DNA of 64,000 bases from Candidatus Poseidoniales archaeon (GCA_003602645.1 QQSI01000040.1:4152-68151), one strand, 5' to 3'; counted from the first letter of the stretch, positions 26,568-37,042 are shown. The notes: generated from the sequence alone by a model not told the origin. Numbers and translations: made by a program.

Positions 26568-28118
26568 TCATCGAGGAATACGACCGTTTTCCGCTTCAAT
26601 CCGTGCTAACCATGCTCCATCTGACAATGCAGTGGCGATGTTGATGAGTTCTCTACTTGTGCTGCGATCACCAGTGAGGGGCTTTGCTAGCGTGCGCACG
26701 CGTTGCTTCAGACTTGCAACATATGTGGAAGGCTCAAGCGACTCAAATTCCAATGCTTCGCATGCAACCAACAGTTCACAGGCCAATACTTCTGAGAATC
26801 GTTGTGTGGCTTGAAGCAGGTTCCATGCGGCGGTAGCACCCATGCTGACATGGTCTTCTTGTCCAGCCGAAGTACTGGTGGAAAAGGCGGCTCGCGGACT
26901 TGCATGTCCATGGAGTTCCGCCAGGGATGCTCCGGCCACATACTGGACAATCATCAAACCAGATTCCAACCCCGAGTTCTTTGCCAAAAAAGCAGGCAAT
27001 TCACTGCGCGCTGGGTCGAGCATTTGGTCAATCCTACGTTCAGAAATTGAGCCGAGTTCAAACAAGGCAGCAGACATGGAATCTGCTGTTAATGCGATCA
27101 CCTCTCCATGAAAATTCCCTTGTGAAATGACTTCGTGCGGGCCCGGGTTCTTTGGGTCGGGGAAAATAAGGGGATTGTCGGTGGCGCTGTTCAATTCAAT
27201 CGTAATGGTTTCTAGCATGGAACTGTATTTTTGCAAGACGGCTCCATGAACTTGAGGGGCACATCGAAATGAATACGCATCTTGGACTCGTTCACAATTG
27301 GCGTGTGAGGCAAGAATTTGAGAATTCATCATGAAGGTCCGAATTCTCTTGGCAACAAGGCTTTGTCCAGGATGTGGTCTTGCATCGTGTACACGTGGGT
27401 CCGAGGGTTGAACACTTGCTTTTCTGGCCTCCATCGATGTGCAAAGGATGAGGTCTGCGAGTGGGAGCAGTGAAGAGAGTTTTCGCTCGGCAAGGGTCAT
27501 GAAGGCCAACATTTGACTTGTCCCATTGATCAATGATAATCCGTCCTTAGCACCCAATCGAACACCTATGAGTCCGTGTTCTCTGAGCACAGCCTCGGTG
27601 GGTGTTGGCGCTCCATCTTGGTCGAGAACATAGCCTTCCCCGAGCAATGCTAGCGCCATGTGAGAGAGTGGTGCTAAATCTCCACTTGCACCAAGACTTC
27701 CAATTCGCGGCACATGAGGAATGATGTCCTTATTGAGAAAATCAACGAGTTGCTCCACAACCTTTGGATGGACGCCTGAGTGGCCTTTGACAAGGGAATT
27801 TATTCGAACAGCCATCATCGCGCGAACGGCATGTTTTGGCATTGGTTCACCGAGGCCAGTGGCGTGTGAACGAACTAAATTGGTTTGCAATTGGGCCAAA
27901 TCATCGGGAGAGATTCGTTCATGAACCAAGGCACCAAATCCTGTATTGATGCCGTAAACCGTTTCCCCACGGCTCAATATTCCATCCACAACAGAGCGAG
28001 CAGCGTGTACATTTTGCCATGCATCTTCTGAAACAGCTACATCGGCATGGTTTGATGCGATCCGCTCAACTTCAGCGGGAGTAAGGGTTGTGCCATCAAA
28101 GTGAATTGTGTTTCTCAT
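26568..28118 (-). CDS. hutH: Histidine ammonia-lyase HutH
   Basis: GSLGASGDLAPLSHMAL contains the MIO-forming Ala-Ser-Gly triad. The aromatic ammonia-lyase fold is evident throughout. Confidence 0.9.
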   Translation of the reverse strand: MRNTIHFDGTTLTPAEVERIASNHADVAVSEDAWQNVHAARSVVDGILSRGETVYGINTGFGALVHERISPDDLAQLQTNLVRSHATGLGEPMPKHAVRAMMAVRINSLVKGHSGVHPKVVEQLVDFLNKDIIPHVPRIGSLGASGDLAPLSHMALALLGEGYVLDQDGAPTPTEAVLREHGLIGVRLGAKDGLSLINGTSQMLAFMTLAERKLSSLLPLADLILCTSMEARKASVQPSDPRVHDARPHPGQSLVAKRIRTFMMNSQILASHANCERVQDAYSFRCAPQVHGAVLQKYSSMLETITIELNSATDNPLIFPDPKNPGPHEVISQGNFHGEVIALTADSMSAALFELGSISERRIDQMLDPARSELPAFLAKNSGLESGLMIVQYVAGASLAELHGHASPRAAFSTSTSAGQEDHVSMGATAAWNLLQATQRFSEVLACELLVACEALEFESLEPSTYVASLKQRVRTLAKPLTGDRSTSRELINIATALSDGAWLARIEAENGRIPR

Positions 28119-30208
28119 GGTTCATCACCGTCTGGAAAAAGAGAATCGAGGAGTTGAGAATCTGTCGAGTGCGGAAGTGTGATGTTGAGCCTTTTCTCAG
28201 CCTTCATTGCCCTTTTTATGGCGAATTTTGCGCCATCATTACGAGCCCAAGCCCTTCTTGCCACACCATTGTTGACGTCCCAATGAAGCATTGATTGAAG
28301 CTTTTCCTCACACTCATTGCTTCCATCAAGTAACATACCAAACCCACCGTTCATTACTTGGCCCCAACCTACACCTCCTCCATTGTGAAGACTGACCCAA
28401 GTTGCGCCTCGGAAAGCATCACCGACAAAATTCTGAACAGCCATGTCTGCGGTCCACATGGATCCGTCTCGGATGTTTGCAGTTTCTCGATAAGGACTGT
28501 CCGTTCCTGAAACATCATGATGGTCGCGACCTAACACAACGGGGCCAGAAAGTTCGCCGTTTCGAATGGCTTGATTCATCGCAGAAGCGATTTTCCTCCG
28601 GCCTTCATCATCTGCATAGAGAATGCGTGCTTGGGAACCAACCACCATTTGATTTTGGCCTGCCTCCTTAATCCACCGAATGTTGTCCCTCATTTGTTGT
28701 GTGATTTCTGAAGGTGATGTATCCATCATGGATTCAAGCACTTCCATTGCAATCTGATCCGTCTTTTTCAGATCATCTGGATCGCCCGAACAACACACCC
28801 ATCGATAAGGACCAAACCCATAATCGAAACACATTGGTCCCATGATATCTTCAACGTAACTTGGATACCTAAAACTTCCATCACTGTTGAGCACGTCAGC
28901 CCCAGCTCTACTAGCTTCAAGCAAGAAGGCATTCCCATAATCCCAGAAATACATGCCTTGTTCTGACATGTGATTGATAGCATCGGCGTGTCGCACAAGG
29001 GTTTCACGGACTTTATTCTTGAACAATTCAGGATTGTTAGAAAGCATTTCAGCGGCTTCGGCGTAAGGCATTCCTACGGGGAAATATCCTCCTTGGAATG
29101 GATTGTGAAGGCTTGTTTGATCTGATCCAAGGTCAACTCGAACATTTCTTTCTACCAGTCGTTCCCAAAGTGCGACGATGTTGCCAACGTAGCCAATGGA
29201 TATTGCTTGACGGTTGGCAGCGCATTCAACCATCCGATCTATGGCAACATCGATGTCCTCGGTGACCTCGGTTAACCAGCCCTGATGGTGACGCTTGTAT
29301 GCTGCATGTGCGTTGGATTCCGCCACAATACACGACGCACCGGCAATGACCGCTGCCTTTGCTTGTGCACCTGACATGCCTCCGAGACCTGATGTGACGA
29401 AGGTAACACCTTCCAGACCCGACTCGCCAGATAGACCCAAATGCGCTCTTGCAGCGTTAAGGAGTGTGATGGTCGTACCATGGACAATACCTTGTGGGCC
29501 AATGTACATGTAAGACCCTGCCGTCATCTGACCATATTGTGTGACGCCGAGTGCGTTGAGGCGTTCGTAATTCTCAGGTGTCGACTCACTAGGAATCATC
29601 ATTCCATTGGTGACAATCACTCGCGGTGCATTGATATTGGAAGGAAAAAGCCCCATTGGATGGCCAGAATACATCACCAGCGTTTGATCATCGTTCATGA
29701 TTGAAAGGTACTGCATGGTCAACCTGTATTGAGCCCAATTTTGGAACACCGAACCGTTCCCACCATAGGTGATGAGTTCATGTGGGAATTGAGCAACTGC
29801 AGGGTCCAAATTATTCTGAATCATGAGCATGATTGATGCGGCATGAATCGATTTCGCGGGGTAGGCATCGATTGGATGGGCTTTCATTTCGTATTCAGTG
29901 GGACGGAACCTCCACATGATAATACGCCCAAATGTGTTCAATTCATCTGCAAACTCAGGTCCAAGAATAGCGTGGTGTTTTTCATCGAAGTAACGCAACG
30001 CATTTTCCAGTGCTAATTTTTTTTCTTGACGGGAAAGAACTTGACGTCTTTTAGGGGCCATATCGACGTTTGGATCAATGCCCGGGTGAGCAGGGAGGGT
30101 GTCGGGGATTCCCTCTGCTATATGCGCTCTTAACCCACTCACATCAGCGCCCATGTTTGGTTCAAACCACGCCTTGTCCTTGAGCGTTCGTATTGGGCTT
30201 TTTCGCAT
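28115..30208 (-). CDS. hutU: Urocanate hydratase HutU, long eukaryote-like form
   Basis: ITYGGNGSVFQNWAQY, GQMTAGSYMYIGPQGIVHGT, TSGLGGMSGAQ (NAD site), SDQTSLHNP and RDHHDVSGTDSPYRET are urocanase motifs. At about 697 aa it carries an N-terminal extension of about 100 aa, as in eukaryotic UROC1. The ATG is at 30208. Confidence 0.9.
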   Translation of the reverse strand: MRKSPIRTLKDKAWFEPNMGADVSGLRAHIAEGIPDTLPAHPGIDPNVDMAPKRRQVLSRQEKKLALENALRYFDEKHHAILGPEFADELNTFGRIIMWRFRPTEYEMKAHPIDAYPAKSIHAASIMLMIQNNLDPAVAQFPHELITYGGNGSVFQNWAQYRLTMQYLSIMNDDQTLVMYSGHPMGLFPSNINAPRVIVTNGMMIPSESTPENYERLNALGVTQYGQMTAGSYMYIGPQGIVHGTTITLLNAARAHLGLSGESGLEGVTFVTSGLGGMSGAQAKAAVIAGASCIVAESNAHAAYKRHHQGWLTEVTEDIDVAIDRMVECAANRQAISIGYVGNIVALWERLVERNVRVDLGSDQTSLHNPFQGGYFPVGMPYAEAAEMLSNNPELFKNKVRETLVRHADAINHMSEQGMYFWDYGNAFLLEASRAGADVLNSDGSFRYPSYVEDIMGPMCFDYGFGPYRWVCCSGDPDDLKKTDQIAMEVLESMMDTSPSEITQQMRDNIRWIKEAGQNQMVVGSQARILYADDEGRRKIASAMNQAIRNGELSGPVVLGRDHHDVSGTDSPYRETANIRDGSMWTADMAVQNFVGDAFRGATWVSLHNGGGVGWGQVMNGGFGMLLDGSNECEEKLQSMLHWDVNNGVARRAWARNDGAKFAIKRAMKAEKRLNITLPHSTDSQLLDSLFPDGDEP

Positions 30209-30212
30209 CAAA

Positions 30213-31454
30213 TCATGCGCTGCGTGGGTTTGGTCGCCACAAAGAGAAGAATGCCCCTGAGATCATCATCATCACGGAGAAGATCAAAAATCCATTTTTG
30301 AGTGTAAAATATTGTTCCTCCAACAGATAACCCGCTGTGGCACTGGATAACGAGAACGCTAATGACATCAAGAGCATGTCCATCGAAAACACTCGGCCGC
30401 GTACTTCATCCTCAACCCATTTCTGAGTCAGAATGGTTGACAACACCCAATTTGCTCCGGAAGCTGCATGAGCGAGCATCACAAGTGAGATCGTCAAGAA
30501 AAGACTCACGCCAAGCGTCCATCCGACGAGAAAATAGAACGCACCAGAAAGCATCACCAACAAACCGACCATAACAGGCCAGCGCTCTTCATTGGTGAGC
30601 AAGGCTCTTGCTGCAATTGGCCCAATTCCTGTGCCTACTCCGCGGGCGAAGAAAAAGATACCAAACCCTAGAGCCATACCAAAGCCGTCAATGTCTGAAC
30701 CTGCCACAACAAGGAATACGCCGGCCAAACCTCCACCTGCTATGTTCCATGAAGATTTTGCGAAGACGATGCGCAGAAGTCTTTTTTCACCGATAATACG
30801 TTTCCAACCTTTCTTGATGTTGGTAAAAGCAGTGGCCAGTAGTGGTCCTTTCATTTCATTTCCAATGGTCTGGGGGATGCTCAGATTTCTAAGCAGATAT
30901 GCCCCAAAGGCGAATGTGACTGCATCGATGATGAAGGCTGCATCTGTGCCCCAAATTTCGACCACAATGCCTCCAAGCATTGCACCTAAGCAGAGGGCTG
31001 TTGACCAACTCGCCGCATCTAATGCATTGGCTGTAGCGAGATGTTCAGCAGGAACAATGTTAGGCAATGCTGCCCGTTCTGCCGTCACATACATCCCATG
31101 CATAATCATCATCGCTCCAGTGAGAACGTAGATCCAAACAATGTGATTTTTTCCATCGATGAGCAGGAAACTTAACGCTAAGCCAACCTGGAGAATGTTT
31201 GTCCAAACCATAATCGTTTTTCGATTTAAGCGATCGGCCAAAAGACCACCAAATGGTTGGAATGCAGCAAAACACAGCATCCTCATCGTGAACAGAAGGC
31301 CGAGGAGAAATTCAGATTCGGTGTATTCGAAAATCAGAAGGAAAAGGGCAATCGTGTTGAACCACTCCCCTAGCATAGAGATGACTGAAGCAGACCATAA
31401 GCGCCTGAATGCGTGGTTGGTCCTGATCAACTCCAGGTAACCGATTTGAGTCAT
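30213..31454 (-). CDS. MFS transporter
   Basis: Twelve predicted TM helices are present, with an N-terminal LGEWFNTIALFLLIF motif and D/R-K motifs between TM2 and TM3. It resembles EntS/YbdA-like exporters. Confidence 0.75.
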   Translation of the reverse strand: MTQIGYLELIRTNHAFRRLWSASVISMLGEWFNTIALFLLIFEYTESEFLLGLLFTMRMLCFAAFQPFGGLLADRLNRKTIMVWTNILQVGLALSFLLIDGKNHIVWIYVLTGAMMIMHGMYVTAERAALPNIVPAEHLATANALDAASWSTALCLGAMLGGIVVEIWGTDAAFIIDAVTFAFGAYLLRNLSIPQTIGNEMKGPLLATAFTNIKKGWKRIIGEKRLLRIVFAKSSWNIAGGGLAGVFLVVAGSDIDGFGMALGFGIFFFARGVGTGIGPIAARALLTNEERWPVMVGLLVMLSGAFYFLVGWTLGVSLFLTISLVMLAHAASGANWVLSTILTQKWVEDEVRGRVFSMDMLLMSLAFSLSSATAGYLLEEQYFTLKNGFLIFSVMMMISGAFFSLWRPNPRSA

Positions 31455-33748
31455 TCTTCTTCATGCCCCATGTTCACCTTGGTCTGAGCATGGATGGAAA
31501 CCGTGATCCATTTTGACGTAGGTGTGTTCGATACTTCAGCGGTTGATTCCAGAGGAACAATGCTGTTGGCTTCAGGGAAATAACTAGCCACGTTTCCCCG
31601 TGGGATGTCATAAGCGACAAGTTGCCAGCCGTTTGATGAGCGTTGTTGACCATTAAAATGACTTGTGAGGCGTATTTTTTGACGGTTTTTCCAACCACGC
31701 TCCACCATGTCCAGCGCATTCATTAACACCACACGACGGTTTCCATGTATGCCCCTGTAACGGTCGTGGACATCGTAGATTGTGGTGTTATACTGATCGT
31801 GTGAACGCATGGTCATCATGGTGTAGCAGTCTTCGGGAATGCTAAGGTTGGGCAATGAATGTGTGGTAAAGTGTGCTTTTCCATCGAATGTTGAGAACGA
31901 ACGGGTGTCACGTGGTGGATTTGGTAAGGCGAATCCATTTTCTTTGGAAACGCGTGTGTTGTAGTTTTCAAAGCCGGCTAAACTTTTGCTCATTAAGTCC
32001 CGGATTAAATTGTAATTACCTGCGAGTTTCATCCAATCAATAGGGCTTGATTCGATCGATCTATTCGCCATTTTTGCTACAATCATCGGTTCGCTAAGCA
32101 ACGATGTTGCCGCTGGAGGAAGCCCACCTACTGAGCGGTGAACGACGCCCATTGAATTTTCAACAGTGACAAACTGCTTCCCACTTTCTTGCATGTCCAA
32201 TTCAGTCCGTCCTAGGCATGGCAGAATCAAAGCGGATTTGCCAGTAATGAGGTGCGAGCGGTTAAGTTTTGTCGAAACTTGCACGGTCAAATTGACCTTT
32301 CTCAAACCATCTGCAGTAACATTGGTGTCAGGTGTTGCAGACAAGAAATTACCACCCATGCAGAAAAATAGATCGACACGGTTATCCACCATTGCTTTGA
32401 TAGCGTTGACAACATCATATCCGTGCTCTCGCGGCATGGGAATGCCGAGACCTCGTTCCATTCGATCAAGGAATTGTTCTGATGGCGCCTCCCAAATGCC
32501 TACTGTCCGGTCGCCTTGCACGTTCGAGTGTCCTCGTACGGGGCAAAATCCTGCGCCCGGACGACCTACGTGCCCACCCATGAGCAGCAAATTGACAACC
32601 TCTTGGATGACGGCAACACCATTGGGTTGCTGAGTGAGCCCCATCGCCCAGCATGCAATGGTTGCGTTCGACCGAGCAAGCAAGCGACCAACCGTTACAA
32701 TCTCTTCTTTTGAAATTCCGCTGTCCCTGACAATGGAATCCCAAGGTGTGCTTTTTGCCATCGATGCCATTGATTCATATCCGCTTGTCGATGATGCAAT
32801 GAATGCATCATCCAATCTACCTTGCTCGATATGGACTTTGATGAAACCCTTCAACAAAGCGGCATCTCCACCGATTCGCACCTGTAGATGATGGTCCGAG
32901 AGTTGAGTTGATTTGAAATCGAGTTTCATGTAATCTTGTGGATGCTTAAAACGCTCTAAACCAGCTTCAGGAAGCGGATTGATGTTGATGATTGTAGATC
33001 CATTATGCTTTGCATCTCGTAGAGCTGTGAGCATCCGCGGGTGATTTGTACCGGGGTTCTGACCGATAACAAGGATCACTTCAGATGAATTGAAATCCTC
33101 GAGGGTGACTGTTCCTTTCCCTATACCAATGGTTTGACCAAGCCCTTTCCCACTTGATTCATGACACATGTTGGAGCAATCTGGCATATTATTGGTCCCC
33201 AATGAACGAACAAATGCTTGGTAAAGAAAAGCTGCTTCATTGGATGTTCTTCCCGATGTGTAAAAAACGGCGCGTTCTGGTTTTGATAGGGATTTGAGTT
33301 GTTGTGCAATTCGGTCAAATGCATTATCCCAAGAAATTTCCTTGTAATGCGATGCTCCTTCCTCAAGCACCACCGGGTGCGAAATTCGTCCTTGCTTATT
33401 GAGCCAATGATCGCTCTTTTTTGCCAAAGACTGAACGCTGTGTTTTGAAAAAAATTCTGGAGTGACCCTTGCTTTCATTGCCTCATCAGCGACTGCTTTC
33501 GCTCCATTTTCGCAGAATTCAAAGGTTGTTCTGTGCTCGGGGTCGGGCCATGCACAACCTGGGCAATCGAATCCATCTTGCTGATTGACCATGGTGAGGG
33601 TTTTGACAGTTTTTACAAGGCCCATTTTTGTGACGCCGTGTTTCATCGATGAAACCGCTGCAGGTATTCCTGCTGCTAATTTTTTGGGTTTTCCAAGACG
33701 AAGACTGAGCCGATCTTCCGGAGTTTCTGGTGAAATCGGTGACCTCAT
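31451..33748 (-). CDS. Molybdopterin (bis-MGD) oxidoreductase alpha subunit, FdhF/YdeP-like
   Basis: An N-terminal Cys cluster (FDCPGCAWPDP...FEFC) is present, along with Mo-bisPGD domain patterns (GQNPGTNHPRML, NINPL) and a C-terminal cap domain. The ATG is at 33748. It lies next to an FdhD gene. Confidence 0.7.
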   Translation of the reverse strand: MRSPISPETPEDRLSLRLGKPKKLAAGIPAAVSSMKHGVTKMGLVKTVKTLTMVNQQDGFDCPGCAWPDPEHRTTFEFCENGAKAVADEAMKARVTPEFFSKHSVQSLAKKSDHWLNKQGRISHPVVLEEGASHYKEISWDNAFDRIAQQLKSLSKPERAVFYTSGRTSNEAAFLYQAFVRSLGTNNMPDCSNMCHESSGKGLGQTIGIGKGTVTLEDFNSSEVILVIGQNPGTNHPRMLTALRDAKHNGSTIININPLPEAGLERFKHPQDYMKLDFKSTQLSDHHLQVRIGGDAALLKGFIKVHIEQGRLDDAFIASSTSGYESMASMAKSTPWDSIVRDSGISKEEIVTVGRLLARSNATIACWAMGLTQQPNGVAVIQEVVNLLLMGGHVGRPGAGFCPVRGHSNVQGDRTVGIWEAPSEQFLDRMERGLGIPMPREHGYDVVNAIKAMVDNRVDLFFCMGGNFLSATPDTNVTADGLRKVNLTVQVSTKLNRSHLITGKSALILPCLGRTELDMQESGKQFVTVENSMGVVHRSVGGLPPAATSLLSEPMIVAKMANRSIESSPIDWMKLAGNYNLIRDLMSKSLAGFENYNTRVSKENGFALPNPPRDTRSFSTFDGKAHFTTHSLPNLSIPEDCYTMMTMRSHDQYNTTIYDVHDRYRGIHGNRRVVLMNALDMVERGWKNRQKIRLTSHFNGQQRSSNGWQLVAYDIPRGNVASYFPEANSIVPLESTAEVSNTPTSKWITVSIHAQTKVNMGHEEE

Positions 33749-33784
33749 GACCAAGCCTCATCCATAACGGAAAGACTGGGGTTC

Positions 33785-34582
33785 TCAAGGGTTGTCCTTC
33801 ATTGCCGGTTGTATGTACCCAATTCCTATGCTGCGGTGGGGTTTCACAAAACTGTAAATCCTCATTCCTAAGGCACGAGCCGTCTCTGCTGCAAGGGTTG
33901 AGCAAGCACCAACGCAAGCAATGGTTCCAATTCCAGCCCGGGCCGATTTAGCAACGATGTCCCACCCACATCGGCCAGACAGAAGTAAAACTAGGTTGTT
34001 CATATTTTGGCCCAAAGAAACGCATGTGCCGACTGCTTTGTCCACAGCATTGTGTCGTCCTATATCCTCGCACACAATCGAATCTTTCTCCCCAATCCGA
34101 AATAATCCCGCAGCATGCATGCCGCCGGTTTTTGAAAAACCATGTTGTTTTGCTTTCATAATTTCAAAGGACTGATTGAGCCAACTCAATTCGATGGTTC
34201 TATGACTTCCAGTATAGATTGGTAAGTTGCTTAGGAGATCTTCAACTCCTGGTGAATTGCATGCTCCACATGAAGTTGATACGATTTGCTTTGGTCTTGA
34301 TTTACCAATTTCATTTACGGTAAAATCAATGGCTTGAACGGTATAACCATCGCCTGATACCATAACTTCTATCTCGGCTGCAGGAGAAAGGTCATAGCCT
34401 TCAGTGGTGCAATGCCCAATGAGCAATTCAGGAAGTTGTGTTGGCGTGGCAAGCAACGTAGTGAACACGCCATCTTGGTCCGATAATTTGACTACAGTTT
34501 CCGTCGCAAGGTGATCGGAGGTCAATGCATACCCATCATGTGTCATTGTATGTACGCCAATTTGTTTGAATAGATCATTCAT
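33785..34582 (-). CDS. fdhD: Formate dehydrogenase accessory sulfurtransferase FdhD
   Basis: SCGACN, GGMHAAGLF, CEDIGRHNAVDKAVG and LLSGRCGWDIVAKSARAGI are FdhD family signatures. Confidence 0.8.
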   Translation of the reverse strand: MNDLFKQIGVHTMTHDGYALTSDHLATETVVKLSDQDGVFTTLLATPTQLPELLIGHCTTEGYDLSPAAEIEVMVSGDGYTVQAIDFTVNEIGKSRPKQIVSTSCGACNSPGVEDLLSNLPIYTGSHRTIELSWLNQSFEIMKAKQHGFSKTGGMHAAGLFRIGEKDSIVCEDIGRHNAVDKAVGTCVSLGQNMNNLVLLLSGRCGWDIVAKSARAGIGTIACVGACSTLAAETARALGMRIYSFVKPHRSIGIGYIQPAMKDNP

Positions 34583-35157
34583 GATTCATCCTCCGATTTT
34601 TTCAAATGGTCTAAATCAAAGAACTCGAATTGTAATGCGACCAATTCTGCGCTGGATTGCGCTGCTGCGTATGCTTCTAATGGCTCTCGATTCAATTCAA
34701 AAAACCGTTCACCCCAACGGAACGCACCTAGGACATCCCGAGCCTGTTCTTCTCTCCCGAGTAGAAATAGTACGGTTGATATCGCTTCAGCGGTCGTGAG
34801 TCGGCCAGGTTTCCCCCAATTGACAGGGTTTGCTGCAAGAAGAAGCGGTAACATGCGCGGTTGAAGCCTTGTTCGCTTCATGACCTGGGCCACGCTCGAC
34901 TCAATGTGCGCCCAACTGCAGTCAAGGCCCACAATCGATCCCCCTTGTTGCAAAATCAATGGGTGATCTTCAGGACCGAAGACTTTGCCGCAAAGAGGCT
35001 CCAGAATGATTCCTTTCCTTGGGAGTGTGTTTATTTTTTTGTGGAGGGTTAAGTCACCACGCCGGGATGCAAGAACTGCAGTGTTCTTCTTTGGATCATC
35101 CTGAGCCAGCCAAAGGGCATGGACGGGCAAATCGATGTTCGAATCAACTGTTTTCAT
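34579..35157 (-). CDS. tsr3: 16S rRNA aminocarboxypropyltransferase Tsr3 (DUF367)
   Basis: LAQDDPKKNTAV, GLDCSWAH, RMLPLLLAANPVNWGKPGRLTTAEAISTVLFLLG and AFRWGERFFELNREPLEAY match Tsr3. The ATG is at 35157. Confidence 0.75.
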   Translation of the reverse strand: MKTVDSNIDLPVHALWLAQDDPKKNTAVLASRRGDLTLHKKINTLPRKGIILEPLCGKVFGPEDHPLILQQGGSIVGLDCSWAHIESSVAQVMKRTRLQPRMLPLLLAANPVNWGKPGRLTTAEAISTVLFLLGREEQARDVLGAFRWGERFFELNREPLEAYAAAQSSAELVALQFEFFDLDHLKKSEDES

Positions 35158-35647
35158 TGAAGTAATCACCTAAGGTCATGCCTCTGCTCGATGAACGATC
35201 AAGTTGAGTGGTGGTCTCCTCCGATGCTACGACCCAGAGTGAGATTCCAAGAACACGTTCGAACTTCTTAAGCACGCCATCGGTTGGTCTTTTTCCGGCT
35301 TCGGTTGATTTGATGATGTTGACCGTTTCAGCCATTCTTTTTCCAAGAGTCGCATGATTCCAGCCCTTGTTTTTCCTTGCTTGAGTGATCCTCTTGCCAA
35401 AATCGGATGCGAGTTCCTTTTCAGTCTTCAACATGATGTCCTTGCCTTTCTTGCCGCGTGCAGCGTAGGCCGAATTGTGAGCTGGCCTTGCATGCATTGA
35501 TTGAGCCTTGGCCAAACCTGGAGCCGTTTCCTTGGGGCCCAGGTTCATTCTTTCGATACAACGGGAGCATGCGGCCACTTCAGTCTTCCCTGTTTTTACC
35601 CGGCGAACACTCACTTTCATTGCGCCACACAATTCACAATCTGCCAT
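35144..35647 (-). CDS. mbf1: Archaeal multiprotein-bridging factor 1 (aMBF1): zinc ribbon plus HTH-XRE
   Basis: An N-terminal CELCG...CSRC zinc ribbon is followed by a helix-turn-helix (RITQARKNKGWNHATLGKRM...). The length is about 165 aa. Confidence 0.8.
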   Translation of the reverse strand: MADCELCGAMKVSVRRVKTGKTEVAACSRCIERMNLGPKETAPGLAKAQSMHARPAHNSAYAARGKKGKDIMLKTEKELASDFGKRITQARKNKGWNHATLGKRMAETVNIIKSTEAGKRPTDGVLKKFERVLGISLWVVASEETTTQLDRSSSRGMTLGDYFNENS

Positions 35648-35758
35648 TTACCTCACTCCCTAGCGCATGGTTCGGTCGACAACCTTTGAAGGCTTCGTCT
35701 TTGATTGCTGCGTGTAAAATCTCCCGGTTTGTTCTTATAACCTAAGCAAGTGGGTACA

Positions 35759-36988
35759 ATGGTTAGCATGGGTACAGAGGTCGAACAGAATGCTCATTCC
35801 AGGGCACAACCTCATGAAGATGAGATCAAAACCCTTGAACTTGCATACTCTGATTTGCAAGACCAAGCCCAGAATTTGATCAATGAACGCTCCCAATTGG
35901 AAAGCGATATTCGTAACTTGAAGAAAAGAGCTCAGCGGCTCGATGATGAAGTTCGTTTGCTCAAGTCACCTCCGCTGATTATTGGGCATTTACAAGATGT
36001 GTTAGATGACCGTACAGCGATTGTTCGTTCATCAAATGGTACGGTTTTCCAAGTTTCACTTAACCAGCGCCTCGAACCCAAAACCCTCAAGCCTGGCACA
36101 CGGGTTGCCCTAAATCAAGACACACTTGCTGTAATTGAAGTGCTCCATGACGCTTGGGATCCAATGGTCAGTGGGGCTGAAATGGTCACTAAACCCGACA
36201 TTAATTATGATGCGGTTGCGGGACTGGATGAACAAGTAGAGTCTGTTCGAGAAGCGATTGAACTTCCGTTGACATCCCCAGAATTGTTCCACAAGGTTGG
36301 AATCACACCTCCAAAAGGAATTTTGCTTGTAGGGCCACCCGGATGTGGAAAGACCCTCCTCGCAAAAGCCGTTGCCAATCAAACAGATGCGACATTTATC
36401 CGAATGGTCGGGAGCGAATTAGCTCAGAAATACATTGGGGAAGGTGGTCGAATGGTCCGAGAATTGTTTTCCCTCGCTAAAGACAAATCACCTTCAATTA
36501 TCTTCTTGGATGAAATTGATGCAATTGGGGCTAAGCGTTTGGATGGTTCAACCAGTGGTGACCGAGAAGTGCAACGGACCCTCATGCAATTGCTAGCAGA
36601 ATTGGATGGATTTGACGCTTTAGAAGATGTCAAAATTATTGCTGCAACCAACCGGCCCGATATTCTGGATGATGCCCTCCTGCGCCCTGGTCGATTTGAC
36701 AGAATCATTACCATACCTCTCCCGGATGAAAAGGGACGTAAAGCAATCTTATCGTTGCACATATCAGCCATGTCCACAAAAAGAATCAATCTACAACGTA
36801 TTGTCGAAAAAACAGAAGGCTATTCAGGCGCTGAACTCAAAGCAACATGTGTTGAAGCCGGGATGATCGCGATTCGTGATGGTCGTAGTTCAATCACAAA
36901 CGACGATCTTCTTCAAGCAGTCGTTCGGATCAACGAAAAGAAAAGCAATGGAGGCCGCAGCGCATCTCCTGATGCACTCTATTCGTGA
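35759..36988 (+). CDS. pan: Proteasome-activating nucleotidase PAN (AAA+ ATPase)
   Basis: An N-terminal coiled coil leads into Walker A (GPPGCGKT), Walker B (IIFLDEID) and the second region of homology. LRPGRFDR is also present. The ATG is at 35759. Confidence 0.9.
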   Translation: MVSMGTEVEQNAHSRAQPHEDEIKTLELAYSDLQDQAQNLINERSQLESDIRNLKKRAQRLDDEVRLLKSPPLIIGHLQDVLDDRTAIVRSSNGTVFQVSLNQRLEPKTLKPGTRVALNQDTLAVIEVLHDAWDPMVSGAEMVTKPDINYDAVAGLDEQVESVREAIELPLTSPELFHKVGITPPKGILLVGPPGCGKTLLAKAVANQTDATFIRMVGSELAQKYIGEGGRMVRELFSLAKDKSPSIIFLDEIDAIGAKRLDGSTSGDREVQRTLMQLLAELDGFDALEDVKIIAATNRPDILDDALLRPGRFDRIITIPLPDEKGRKAILSLHISAMSTKRINLQRIVEKTEGYSGAELKATCVEAGMIAIRDGRSSITNDDLLQAVVRINEKKSNGGRSASPDALYS

Positions 36989-37042
36989 TTTTATTGCAAA
37001 TTGCAGTGAACATTGAAGGTCCGAGTAGGCTGGACAACAGAC

